Assembly (NCBI GenBank): GCA_051294375.1
Contig: CM119264.1
Location: 27,382,430 to 27,446,429 of the forward strand
Length of the DNA stretch: 64,000 nt
Direction: 5' to 3'
Origin: Paraspadella gotoi
Taxonomy: Eukaryota; Animalia; Chaetognatha
Below are positions 29,086-42,700 of the stretch, piece by piece (within the stretch, counting starts at the first letter, position 1; each line of letters starts with the position of its first letter). Under the pieces are notes generated by a model, which was given only the letters and a program-made list of their open reading frames with translations, searched no databases and was not told the origin of the DNA. The position numbers and the translations under genes were made by a program.

Positions 29086-32000
29086 ATGTCGCTCATTTGT
29101 CGACCACTACAACGACTGCTCCTCTCTTTCTCCCCCTTCCCTTCCCCACTTCCCTGCTCCTCTTCCCCACTCCCCTGCTCCTCTTTAACGGCAAGTCGCT
29201 CCACCACTGACGCCGCTTTGAGCTCCACCTCCGCCGAGATAGAACCCGCTTACGGATTCGACTCCGCTGAATTCTCGACGGCCAAACCTTTCACTTGTAT
29301 TCCGGGTCCGAGGTCCGTTCCATTCTTCGGTTCCACATTCGCGTATCGACCCTTCGGAGATCTTGACCCTTTCGACGCAATGGCGAGGTTTGATAAAAAG
29401 TTAATTTTGTCCATAATTATTTAATAAGGAAGCTGCATTGTCTTCTTATTTTTGACGGCCTGTGATAGTTTTTAAGTCCCTAGTCCCTAGTACTAACCTT
29501 GCGAGTTTTTGAGGGAGAATATTCAAAATAGTACTTTGTTTCTTTATTAATATTTTTAACAATTCATATTGTGTTTTGTTTTTCTTTTCGTTGCCTTTCA
29601 AGTTTAGTTTTTATTGTTTACAAACAAAGATTCTTTTAATTAAAAACAGTAAAGTTTATGAATACTTGCAACCTTATATTCGAAACAGGTCCGATATTTG
29701 AAATAAAGAATAGTTGTTTGTAAACAATAAAAACTTAGTTTTCTATACATTTGATATTCATTCACTTGCGCGAAAGCATCAGATTGGGAATTGTAGTGAT
29801 GATAAAATTGTAACTATAGTATAGAAAATAAGCGATAATAGTGGGCGAAATATTTCAGAGGAACCGCGTTTGAGAATCGATACGGAAAGATAATCCGCAC
29901 CCACGTTCCTTGGATCGGGATGAAGAACATCGTGACTCTGTTGGACCCGGCCGATTGCGAGATCGTCTACAGGAACGAAGGTTACGTTGTCTTGGCTTTT
30001 TTTTTAGCTAATCAATAACAGTAGCATAACTTTGCGTTTGATAGATTGGACTCTGCTGAATGTTTTTTTCATGTTTAGAAAACGAAACTGCAAGGAAAGT
30101 AATGTATTAATAACGTCCCAAGAACGTCCCTCGAATTACGACAATATGCAAATAAGATTTAACAGTAACTCTATAATCCCCTTAGGCAAAATCCCCTATC
30201 GCCCTCCTTACTCTGTCCTCAAGATCTACCGCGAAGAGAAGAAGCAAAGTCTCGGTCTCTTTCTCTCCAACGATTCCCATTGGTGGCGCCTCCGTCAACC
30301 GCTCAACAAGACGATGATGCGCGCCAACGCCGCTTATCCTTATTTGGAGATTCAGTCGCCGGTTGGGGACGAGTTGGTGGAGAAAATAGGGAGGGAGGCG
30401 GAAAAGTGGAACGGTCGATATCCGGAGGTCATGGAGGTACAAGAAGCGTGGCGCAGGTTTGATTGATTGATTTATTTATTGGTTGATTCGAATTAATTTG
30501 TTTTATCGATTGAAGGATCAATAGAATGTCTGATTTAAATTGGTTAATCTTTCGATGTTTAGTTATTCATGTTGATGCGTTTGTAATAAAATAATTTCTA
30601 AGAATAGAATTAAAAATGAATTTGAATTTTCGAGCAGAATGATGAACCTATTGCTTATATAAGAGGGTATATTCTCCTAAGATAATAGACTCATTTAGAT
30701 TTAATACTGTAATATGTAAATGAGATTGAGAAATTAAATCTCATTTAAGATCATATTAAATAATCATCTTTGACACTTACAAGTGACAACAACAGGTAAT
30801 GAATCGTTGGGCCTTGGAGTCCGTTTGCGCTGTGGTCTTTGATCGTCGTCTCGGTTGCATGGACCCCAATTTGCCCAAAGATGCCTGGCAACAAAAGTTC
30901 ATAGACACCGTTCTCGGTGCGACCCAAAACGTTACCAGCCTCTCGCTTGATCCAACGGTCAGAATGGCCAAGAGTTTGGGATACAAAACTAAGAGATGGA
31001 AGCTCATGGAAGAACAGATGAGGTTAGTTTTGTGACATTAGTCAGTTGTCATACTTTTTTTCTGCGTTTAACTATATAATCATATAATCTATTAATTAAT
31101 TGTATAAAAGTAAAAAAAATGATTTTTATTTATTTTTTTTTTGTTTATGAAAATTTGCAATTTACTTGTTTTACTATTTTATATTTTTATATTTTATGGA
31201 GGATTTAGTATTTAATCTATATTATTTAATCAAATATATATTACTTTCTTTCTTAAAAATGTTTTATTTATCTAATAATTATATTTTTCACAGTTACATC
31301 GATTCTGCGACCATCGACCTGATTCAGGAGACAAAGACTCGACTTGAAGCAAATCCGGACGCGGAGGGCAACAGCAAACGCTTTCTGCCCCAACTTCTCG
31401 CCGTAGAAGGCTTCAGTACGGAAGTATGTGAAATTGTCAATAGCTGTTTATTATCAAAGGGAAATGATTTATCATGTACCAATTCCTCATTTCCGTTTTA
31501 GGATAAGATTTCTGTCATTTTTGATATTATTATGGCTTCCATTGCCACAACTACATATTCCTTGTCCAGACTGCTCTTTTTGCTGGCCAAACATCCGGAC
31601 AAGCAGGTGGGTGAAGCGTGATTATTTTTGCGGCGATTTAAATATCACATTTAAGAAAGAATGAGAATTTAAAATTAGAAATTCTATTTAGAATATATAT
31701 ACATTTTTCAAATTTTACTCCCTTCGCCAGGAAAAACTTTTAATTGAACTCAACGCAGAAGTTGGTTCTCCTGGTTCGCCAATCACTCCAACTACTCTGT
31801 CCAAACTTGATTACTTGAAAGTAACCAATGGGGCAACGATGCTGCTATTAAATCTATTATCATAAAACAAGTTTTAAAACTGTACTTGGCTCAATGCTAA
31901 GCTTACTGAGGATACTGATTATTACGGTTTGGGATGAGGTCCCGAGATGGATGAGAGAAGATAAATAAAAAATGATTTAAAAAAAAAGTAAATAAATAAT

Positions 32001-32356
32001 AAATAAATAGTAAATAATAAATAAATAAATAAATATATAAATAATAAATAAATAATAAATATATACAAAATAAATAAATAGTAAATAAATAGTAAATAAA
32101 TAATGATTAAATAATAAACAGATAAATAAGTAAATTAAAAAAAAAAAAAATAAAAGAAATTACCAAATGTCAGGCTTGCATCAGAGAATCGCAGCGGATG
32201 ATGCCGATCGTTCCTCAAAACGTTCGACTTCTCCCGATCGACGTCGTCATCAAAGGATATCGAATCCCAAAGGGAACACAGATCTTGGTTGAGCACGAGT
32301 ACATCTCAAAGTCGCCGGAGAACTTTGAAGACCCGTTGCGGTTAGGGAGGTCGTGG

Positions 32357-32413
<57 letters not shown>

Positions 32414-32463
32414 AGCGCTCCATCTCTCGCTTCCAGATTCATCCCGAGCGATGGTTGACACAA

Positions 32464-32522
<59 letters not shown>

Positions 32523-33073
32523 TCAAGATTGAGCACTCCATCTCTCGCTTCCAGATTCATCCCCGAGCGATGGCTGAGGACACAAGGAAAGAGAGAAACG
32601 AGATTCAATCCTTTTATGGTTTTGCCTTTTGGATTCGGACCCCGGATGTGTATTGGAAGAAGATTCGCAGAACAGGAGCTTTATATTGGAATCATTAAGG
32701 TAAGACGCTTGGGTTTAAACTTTAAATCGAAAAAACAACAATATTTATAAACTAAATTTGGTCAGTGAATGTTAAAAAATAATTTATTACTTATACATTC
32801 ATTAGTTATTCAATTAATTTATTTACGCACTGATAAATTTGCTAATTTGTTTATTCATTCACGTGTTTATTCTTTTATTTATTAATTCTTTCATATATTT
32901 CATCCTTTTTCTCATTCATTCACTCATTCATTCATTCATCTTATGATTTCCAGATGGTTCACAGCTTTAAAATCGGTTATGAAGGAAACAAACTGCCTCT
33001 AGTCACTCCCGGCCTCGATCGACTTCCAATCAAGCTGGATTTCGTCTTTGAAAAAAGACAAGTGAACAATTGA
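29086..33073 (+). CDS. Cytochrome P450, mitochondrial clan (~552 aa)
   Basis: Ten phase-consistent exons 29086-29387, 29859-29980, 30186-30436, 30796-31022, 31294-31423, 31502-31606, 31731-31820, 32174-32340, 32555-32699, 32954-33073. Motifs IPGP, WWRLR, WALESV..FDRRLGC, ESQR (ExxR), PERW, PFGFGPRMCIG; Ser/Arg-rich presequence-like N-terminus without a TM anchor. Confidence 0.93.
29606..29735. repeat. Short foldback/MITE-like element
   Basis: 22-bp perfect inverted repeat agtttttattgtttacaaacaa (29606-29627) / ttgtttgtaaacaataaaaact (29714-29735). Confidence 0.6.
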
Positions 33074-33500
33074 TTAATATTAATGTTAAACGTTACTTAT
33101 ATCTATCTTAATCTAATCTATCTCGTAACAATCGGTCAAATGACCAACTATTAAAAATTTGAACTAAGAGGTTCCTAACTTCGAATTTTATTGCATCTCT
33201 TTGTAAATACGTAAAAGCATTTCTAGCATTCAAAATAAATCATCTTGTGGAAACATATTTTTGCCTATGAACTCAGGTAGCAAAGGCGATTGTAAAACCA
33301 CACTCTTTTTAACTCCATGGTGTTAAAATATGGTAATTTTACAATTCAGCTTTAGGTATATTGTTTTCTAACCGTTATTAAATGGTGCCTAATAAATAAA
33401 TAAATAAACAAAAAAATTTCGTATACACTCAAGTCAGATTATTTAGGCCATCAATGTTATTAAAATATGATAAAAAAATCACAATCATATGTCCCCGTTT

Positions 33501-33673
33501 ATGAAATTGGTACAACCAATATAAAAATTATCCATTCATTTAATAAATAAGCTATCTTGCCCCTGACTTTGGACAGGCTTTGGTGGTTTAAGGCCTCCAT
33601 CACTCTTACAAGATAATGACATAGCAGGTCCCTGCAAGCTTTCAATCAAGACTCTCTCACAGTCTTATTTAAT
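33501..33673 (+). repeat. Dispersed repeat family A, copy 1
   Basis: Core ttggacaggctttggtggtttaaggcctccatcactcttacaagataatgac; also at ~45044, ~61712 (partial) and inverted at ~62540-62701. Confidence 0.85.
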
Positions 33674-33936
33674 AGTTGATTTGGATAGAAAAATTTTAAA
33701 AAAATATTTATTTAGCCGTTAAAAGCCAAAGTGAAATCCAGAAAGGCTGGCGAGAAAATGCTTCTGCTTCTCAACGACGTCGTCGTCGTCGTCGTCGTCG
33801 TCGTCATCGTCATCGTCGTCGTTTTTAAGATCCCAAAGCGGTCATGATGATCAGATCAAGAGAGACAATCTCATGAAGAAGAATCCATGTTTAACTGTTT
33901 ATACATCTTCTACAAATCGATGTACATACGTCCGTT

Positions 33937-36900
33937 TCAAAAGAACTGAACCGTTGGGATTTTAGTTCTGATTCTCGGAACCAAATAAGCGTCGAATTTT
34001 GCCACTAAATCTCGGGCGATTTCTTCGCGTCGCCAGCGAAGGAGTTTAATCTGAAAAAGAAAGAAAGTATGTTTTAATCAATGTACAAATTAGGTTAATG
34101 TATTCCATGCTGTCGTCAGTTGGTAATTTAACTAAAACCGCCACGAGTTTCATTGTTTTAAATTCGTTCTGACATTTAAATATCTAGTCAACTAAAAACG
34201 AAATGACAAAACCCAAGAAGAAAAAAAAAATCAAGAAAATAACAACAACAACAAATGCAAAAATAAAAAAAACTACAACAACAACAACAACAATGACCCA
34301 CCTCCAACGGTTCGACGCTGCTTCCGGCTCCGACGACCTTCGACGCGAAGTCGGTCAAACCCGTCGTCAAGGACGCCTCCTCGTACAAGAGGCTTCGGAG
34401 AGGGCGCTCGAGGGTAGGAAGGGTAAGTTCGGCGGCGGAGGTGAGGACGGCCGAGTTGGAGGTGGGAACGGAACTGGAGAACGTGGGTAGGTAGGTGATT
34501 ACTTAATATGATCTTAAATGAGATTGAATGTGTTGAATATACCCTCCTATAGGTAAGTTAGCGAAATTATATTTTTACCATCTGAAATAGCTCACGAATG
34601 GCTAAATTAATTCATCGATAAATGCAAAACAGATCCGCAATAATCTTTTAATTTTTTTTATTCAATCATTTTTCTCTGTGCCATAGTCCCGACGAATATT
34701 CTAAACAATACATTGTATTATAAATACCATAAAGTATTGATCATCCTTGATTAATTTTTCATTTCATTTCATTTCATTTTTAATTTCATTTTTTCAATTT
34801 AGCAGAATTTCCCCCGAAACCTTGCTTAAATGAAATTTTCTAGTTCTTTCTTTCTTCTCCGATGCCATTTTGTTTTTTACCTCAAAGCCACGAATGTTTG
34901 TCCGATGATGGCGTCTTGGTTTCCCCAGACTTTTGCCGCCGTCAATTGACTCGCGTGACAGATTTGGATGACGATGGCGCCGTAAGATGTCGTCACCGAG
35001 TCTAGAAAAAATGAACGCCGATTTTGAGATATGGGGGAGCCGTATTGATCATTTGTTTTCTCTAAGCTTTATTTTATTACTTTATTATGATCATTAAAAT
35101 TATTTAGTATTTCAACGAACTCGCAGTGCAACTCCAAATTGTTAAGTAACCAATATTTAAACCATTGTCTCTTGAATATTACTAGTTATAAATTAATTTT
35201 ACTTTTCATTAAACGAAATTCCATCCCTCAAACCTAAACTGGGCGCTTCGAGATTCTTAAACGGAGCCCCGTCGACTCGAAACGAAAAGGCAGCGGCGTT
35301 CTTCTCCTCAAAAACGGCGGGGCGCGCGTTTCGCAGCGGCGTCGACGCCCGCGGCGTGGCAGCCTCGGTCTCGAGTCCGCGCGCCAGCAGCAGCACGCGG
35401 ACGAAGGGATTACAGCCGCCGCCGCCGAGCAGCGAGACGCGGCTGACGGCGGGAAGATTTTTGGCGTGGAGAACTTTGACGTAAAGAGTCGAGGTGGAGA
35501 TGTTGTAGACTGTCTGGTTTTTTGAGGGGAGGGGGGGAACATTAATATCGCGATTTGAATATGCGTAGAAAAAAATTCGATAAGATTCAATCTCATTTGC
35601 ATTTAGTAGTATAGGCGTTAAATTGGTACGTATTTAGTAATAAAGTATCTCAATGGTTTCAAGTTGTGAAATCACGTACGTCAATAAAAATTTAGTTGGT
35701 CGTAGTGATTGATGAGAGAGTTTTAAACATTTTGCAATTATAATTAATAATCAATTTTTTTTCTTTGTCAATTACAATTTTATTTTGGAAGAGCTAATAA
35801 ATCAGACTGTGAAACTGACGTGGACGAAATGCCATTTTCAACTACACTCTCCTCTGACGTAAAAGTCATCAAACGTAGGAGTCGGGACTTAAAATTAGCC
35901 ATGCAGATCATAAAAACAAGAGATTCTCGCCTGAAACCCGACAGATGGCGCGTCGCTTCCTCTTCCCGCCGTCGCGTCCTCTTCGCATTTTCGACGCAGA
36001 AACTCGGCCACGATTTCTCCGCTGTTCGCTTGTTTGAGAAAGAGGCGGCGCCTCAAGGGGGCGTGGCGAACCTCGTCCACGGCGACGAAATCGTTGACGA
36101 CATCTTCGAAGTCGAGGAATTCTCGAAAGAGGCGTCGGTGGGCGTCTTCGTTGCTGAGGGCGATCTCTTCGCTCCGGTTGTCAAAGTGTTGGAGCAGATG
36201 GTCGCTGATCAGTGGAGCGGTGGAGTCGAAGACGTCGTCGAGGGTCGAGGAGCGAATTGAGGTGAGGAGCGAGGAGAGGTGGGCGGGGTTCTTGCCGCGG
36301 AGAACTTGGGTGAGGTCGATCTGGAAGAAGGTGGGGGAGGTGAGGGACAGGGTCGGGGAATGTGAGATTAATTTGGGTGAGGATGATGATTATTATGATG
36401 TTGATGACCGTTATCATTCATTTTAATCATTGTCATTATCATTATCATTGTACATAATCATCATCATAATCCTCATCACCATCATCATCATCATCATCAT
36501 CATCGTCATCAACATCACTATCTCCATCAATCATCCCCTTCATCATCAATCATCATCATCATCAATATTATCATCAATCATCATAATCATCATCATCACC
36601 ATCTCAATCAAAGATCCCCATCATCACCACTATCATCATCATCATCATCATCCCCGCTCACTCGAAGGACTTTCTCGATGAGGAAACGAATCTTTTTCTC
36701 CAACAATGTCTTCGTCAGAGCGAACGGCGCCGCCATGAAATCCGTGCTGGCCCGCGCTGCGGCGGCGGCGGCGGCGGCGGCTGCGGTGTTGAGCACGTAG
36801 TCGTCGTATTGCAAGTCTTTCAACATTCTGTCAATGGATCCCCTGATTCTGCTGAGGCTGTTGATGAAGGACCAAGCTTTGGCGTTGGGGTGGAGAGGTT

Positions 36901-39900
36901 GTGGAGAGTCGCCGTCGTCGCTGAAGGCGGAAAAAAACAAGACCAATCACTCCAAACAAATAACACAAACCAATCGAATCAAACCAAAACAGACATAAGC
37001 AAAACAAACAAAACAAATTTTTTTGGTTCGTTTAAATAAAAACTTGCAAAAAAAACCCAAAAAATATAAGTAAAAAACAAACAAATGAATAAAAGAAACA
37101 AATCAAATAAGAAACAAAACAAACAAAACATGAAAACAAAACATTTAAGAAATCTCTCGTCGTACCGAAGGCCTCCCTCTCTCGCCTCCTCCGCCTCTTC
37201 CATCAGCAATTGTTCCAACTTTTCTTGCAGCAATTCCTCGTAGACGAAGATGAGTTCGCTGACGGCGATCTGCAGAGTCACCAAGACGGACATCGCATCC
37301 TCGTCGCGCGGAAGATCGAGTCTCTTCCAGATGCCGCAGACGAACCTTTGGTAGAGGAGTTGGATGAAGTCCGTCGACGACGAGCTGGAGACGAAACGAA
37401 AGGGGGAATGCGATCGAAGGCAACATTGTGATCAGATTGATTAACAAAACAATTTAAACACATTTTATATGTTTATATGTTTTTGTATATTTGTAATGTT
37501 GGTAAATCTTTGACTATTGGTTTTAAATTGAGAAAATAATAAAAACTTAAAATTTTGAAAAAAATTTAAAATACGGTTTTTAAATACAAACCAAAACGTT
37601 GAAAGTTTTTTCACAGCACACATTACAGTTTGTTAAGTTTTAAAATCACTGTTTGAATTAATTTACAATAAAAAATACAAGTATAGAAGTTTGCGAAGTT
37701 TCAATTTTAAATTGAAAATGATACAGGATTCAGTTAAACGTTTTAAAGATAAGATACATCCAATCCTCAAAGTTTGTCAAGTTTGTCAATTCACAAATTT
37801 CAACCTGTGAAGCGTGAAGCCCGCCTCCGCCTCCGGCAAACCCTTATCGACGCTCACAATTTTCCTCATGAGATCTTCCGCCTCTTTTCTCTCATTGTGA
37901 ATCCAAGTGAGAAAAATCTTTTGGGGAAACCACCTCTTGAATTCCTCGTTGTGAACTTGGTTCTCTTTGGTGAAATCTCCCAGCAAAATGAAAAGCCTGA
38001 AGAGGTTGGGATTTTAACTAAATTGATTGGAGATCAATAAATCAAATATATAAATAAATAAATAAATTTAAAATAAAAATACAAAAAACAACCTGATGCA
38101 GTCTTGAACCGCCAGTCGCGTGTCTTCCCCGATCGCTTCCGCTTCGAACTCTTCCTCCGCCTCAAATTCCCGCAACTCATGCGGCACAATCTGACCCAAC
38201 TTGGCGAAGAGGGTGTCGTTGACGACGCACTGGACGTCGATCTCAACCGAGTTGAAGACATCCTTGAGGTAAGGATCGTTGACGCTCCAACAAAACTGTT
38301 GAACCTCTCTCGCCAGAACCAAGAGGGATTTGATCTTTGACGTCTGAGTGTCCAGATGCTTCGTCAGCCAATTCTTGCTTCGTTGTTCGACGCAGTCGAT
38401 GAGTTTTCGACGAAGAAGAGACATTCTCTCCTCGGGGTCTCCGCTGACGGGTCGCGCGAGAATTTGGAGGTTTTATTAAACAAGTTATAGATATATGAGG
38501 AAATATAGTAACAAACTTCTAGATCAATCCATTTCTAAGTCTTGTCGATCTTAAATTCTGCACCCAGATAAACGAAATTTCGCCATTTTTTTACGAGCCT
38601 AATATCTTTATTCTCATTTGCATATTGCAGCAGCGTAATTAATTTTTCAATGCGGAGTTTGGATACTTTAATTCGGTGACTAGCGCATTTAGAAAATAAA
38701 ATAAAAGTAGCCAAAAACGACCAAAAGCTCGTATCATCATAACCTCCGCTAAACTTGTAACACTTTGAGTATAACGTTTCCGTTAATTTCGAACATCGTA
38801 ACTCGAATTCCTCGCGATACCCGTTGGTCATGGCGTCCGAGGAGACGTAAGCGTCGATCAAGAATCGAACGTAAAGTTCCAACGGATTTTTGATCGGAAA
38901 GAAATCGTGAATAATAGAAAATATTTTGGTGGCGACGACTCGAAGGGTTTGGAGGAAGATGCGGGAGGAGGAGGAGGAGGAGGAGGAGGAGATGTCCGAG
39001 CGGAGAGGGAGGTGGACGACGTGTTGGAACACTTGGAGGAGGGGAAGAGGGGATGAAGGAGAGAGGAAATAAAGGGGGTGATAGGGAAGAAAGAAAAAGG
39101 GGTAAAAAGAAGGAGAGATAATATTAGGAGAAATTTAATTTTATTATTTAAATTGATTGACGATTATATAAAGAAATTCCTCACGATTTAGACTTTGATC
39201 CAGTCGCGCAAAATCCTCCTGTCCGTACGGTTGAGCGATGAAAGCGTCCGCATACACGGACCAGATGATCATCCGTTGCGCCTGATCCGTCAGTCCGAGC
39301 GCAGATCCGTACAAACGCAACATGGAATCGATGTCTGTCTGGCGAACGACTGGCTGGGCGGCGCTGACGCCGCCGCCGCTGCTGCTGACGCCGCCGTCGC
39401 CGCTGCTGACGCCGCCGCCGCCGCAGACATCGCCGCCGCCATTTTCACGCAAAAAGAAGTTGAGTAAAATATCCGCGACTTTTTTGAAGTTGAGAAAATC
39501 TGAGCGGAAAATTGTTTCCCTCTTGGATTCGCGAGCTGGTGAATGAAAAGTTGAAAAGTTTGGTTTTCTTTTCTTTCTCTTTTTATATCTTTATTCCTTC
39601 GGACAATAACCAATATTCAAAATCCCACACACCAAAAAAACCCAATTCCCCCCCCCCCACACACACACACTCACTCATGATCGGCGGTTTCGATTTTTCT
39701 TTGAAAGTCTTCAACCTCAAAGTCAAATTTCCTCTTTGTGTTGATTTCTCTTTCTTCTTTTCCAACGTTAAACTTCCTTCGAACGAATCCTTTAAATCCC
39801 TGCGTTAATAAATAAATAAATAAGTAAAAAAAATAAATAGGTGAATAAATAAATAGATAAATAAATGATAAATAAAATATAAATAAGTAAATAAATAAAT

Positions 39901-41484
39901 AAATAAATGAAAATAAACAAATAAAGAGATAAATAGATACATTAAAGATTGGGGGCAGCGAAACCCGGAGAGTAAGAGTGGGAAAAGATCTATAGGGCAT
40001 TATTTAAACAATATCTATGAATGAATTTTTCGAATTTAGTTTAATAATGAAATTGTAAACCTAATTGTAAATGTAAACCTTTATTAAGCTACATATATAC
40101 AGACACGCAGACATACATTCCAAACAAAACCGTAAAAAAAACAAACAAACAAAATAAAAGCCCCATCCCGACCTCAGCGCCAACTCGGCCGTTCCGTACA
40201 ACTCCTCTTCGCCGACAAGAGGGGTCCCGTTGAGGACGTCGACGATCAACTTGACGTCACCAATTTCCTCCGAAGTCGAGACGAAGTCGAAAGACTCGTT
40301 CCACTCGGTCGCCTCCGAAAAGGGGACCTTGGAAGTCGTGCGGACGTCGGACGGCGCCGCTGCGGCGGCGTCGCTGTCGGCGTTGGCGGCGGAGGGGGAT
40401 TTGGAGGCAGCGATAGTGTTGAGGAAGCGAAGGCGACAGTAGGGGGAGTTTTTGCCTTTAGAAAAGGGGTAAAGGGGGGGGGGAGGGAAGTTGGCGGTCG
40501 TTTTTAGAATTTGTCAAACGTTATTAACGTTCACATGAGACGTTCATGGTAAAGGAATATTAACGATAACGATAGCGAAACAAAAGGAATAACAATAAAA
40601 TTGAAAAACGACCTAAAACAAAACAACAACAACAACAAAAACAACGACGACGACGAAAACAACAATAAAACTGACCGAACTTTTTCTTCTTCTTTAAACC
40701 GTTCGCCGTCAAAATCTCCACGTTCACCGTCACGACATCTCGTCCAGACTCCATCACGAGGCGCTGGAGAGCGGGATGAGAATGAAGGACGCTTATGACG
40801 CGGAAGTTGATGTAGTGGGAATACCTTGAAGGCGTCGTCAGCGTCGTCGTGCTGTAGATTCAACGCCCTCTTCAAGATTCCCGCGTAGTTGAGTTGATCC
40901 CCGATGCGCGAGTGTCGATGGACGGTCATCGTTGATTTGATCACCTGGGGAAATTGTACATCGTCATTATCGTCGTTGTCATTTTCGTCGTCGTCATTAT
41001 CGTCGTTGTCATTTTCGTCGTCTCCACAGAACGTTGTAAGCAGTTAAACCCTCTGGTAGGTAAATGCCAACTGACTGATCAAAAATTCCGTGTCAAGGAG
41101 GTCAAGTTTAAAAATTCGATCAATTCGAAAATAATTTTTTTTACAAGAACTAGATCGAAGCCCTTATTTAATACGCTTATTAATGTCATAATTAGTTAAG
41201 TCCTGCTGGAAAAAGGCTATGAAACGTTGGTTTGACTTACAGCGTGATGCAGCTATCTGATCACTGCAGGTCGAAAGTCACGAGCGCCAGTCGTCGGTGA
41301 GATGCCTCACACCACGTGACTTACAGACGTCGCCTCCGTTTTTGTCTTTTTTAATACTTACCTCTGCGAATAATTTAATACTTACCTCTGCGAATAATTT
41401 GATACTTACCTCTGCGAATAATTTGATACTTACCTCTGCGAATAATTCCTTTTTCTCTTCGTCGTTTAATTCAGTATTCGCCAT
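33937..41484 (-). CDS. UNC13D/BAIAP3-like (Munc13-4 family) C2A-MUN-C2B protein
   Basis: About 16 exons from MANTELNDEEKKELFAE|VIKS. C2A: VNVEILTANGL..SPYC..WNESFDF. MUN-like: FKRWFP..TWI..HSSSSTDF..IWKRLDLP. C2B: LYVKVLHAKNLP..NPFVRV. Ends TVQFF* at 33937. One junction near 38440-38760 is not resolved. Confidence 0.8.
41354..41447 (-). repeat. 4 x 24-bp tandem repeat spanning an exon/intron boundary
   Basis: Unit TTATTCGCAGAG|GTAAGTATYAAA on the minus strand, four copies. Confidence 0.95.
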
Positions 41485-41893
41485 TTTTTAAAAATTAACA
41501 ATAGGCAAATATATAAAATCACACAATCGATTTTTAGGTTGGACGCCGATCCACAATCTAAAGAGAGAATCGGATTTTGCTATGCGGGTCCAGCGGTCCA
41601 CGCTCGTAAATTTTTTTATTAAAATCATAACCGAGAGAAGATAATTGCTTAAAACAAATCAAACATTGTAGAAAATAAAACTTGTTCATTCGATGATTTC
41701 ATGAATAATTGTAATTTAGTCGAAGGTCGCAATTGTATAACTGGGAATCTGAGATGCACTAATTTTATTAGAGAACTTTTAAAAGGATCAATCGCTTATT
41801 TGAGAAATAGTTTTCATTACGATGACAATTGTTTTTTGTCTAAAAAAATAACAAAAAAACAAAAAAACAAACAAACAAGAACGGTAATTCAAA

Positions 41894-42150
41894 TGTGTTG
41901 CGCCGCAGTAACGAGTATTTCTCGTTCCATGATATTACATGACATGACGCCACATGACATGACATGCGCTAGCAGACACTTAGATTTGAGGTTTCTTTTT
42001 CTGTCTTCACAAAAAGCAATCATCAACTATAGGCGAATTATATGCATTTTTAACATAAGTGGGACAGACCGATGGATAGACATACCGAGGGACCGACCGA
42101 CCGACCGAAAAGTGAGTTGTTCCGCGAGGACTCGTGGCGCAACTAAAAAA
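41894..42150 (-). mobile_element. Third, inverted copy of the Helentron/DINE-1-like repeat
   Basis: Reverse complement matches blocks of 12449-13230 (gcgctagcag, actataggcgaattatatgcattttt, gaccgaccgacc, tgttgcgccgcagt). Confidence 0.7.
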
Positions 42151-42461
42151 CTAAATGAATGTGGATTTATAAAAAGGGATACAGCGTTGAGCTGAGAGAC
42201 TTCTTATTTATAGTTTAAAATGAATCACAAATACGACTGATCCTAAGGTCAAATTGGGTCGCGGGTGAAGAGTCACACAGATGGCCCTCCTCGATTCGGG
42301 GTCATTTAATCTCGTTCAGTACTGATTCTAACATACACGATCCTTTTTCAGAGTTCAGCATCTTGGCTTTTCGATGGTCAAAGTCGTAGAAAAGTAAACA
42401 ATTTGCTAAATTTGAATCTCTGGTGGTCCTATCACCACAGATGGATTAAAGCTGTTTCTTT

Positions 42462-42700
42462 CGCAGCGACTCAGTGGCCTAATGCTCCATCCCAATGTGC
42501 GTCCCTGGTTCGAGCCCTGAGTTAGTCATGTAGAAAGTGGGATGGACCGGGTAACCCGCCTGTAGGCATGGGCCTACTGCCAGATCCAAACTTCTGGACT
42601 ACATGAACATGCTGTCTCGCTGTCTCCACGAGGTGACACCGCTGCGGGTGTGGCTCCCTGTCAAACCAGCCTCTTCAGATCCATGAATAGATTGACAACG
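42462..42700 (+). mobile_element. Possible tRNA-derived SINE remnant
   Basis: B-box-like GGTTCGAGCCC near 42507 with an upstream A-box-like gactcagtgg; GC-richer than flanks; no complete cloverleaf seen. Confidence 0.35.

Noticed and set aside
41354-41447. CRISPR-like direct repeats (also 50800-51045)
   Set aside because: No unique spacers, no cas genes, eukaryotic context.
42462-42525. tRNA gene
   Set aside because: B-box present, but no full cloverleaf or acceptor stem could be formed.
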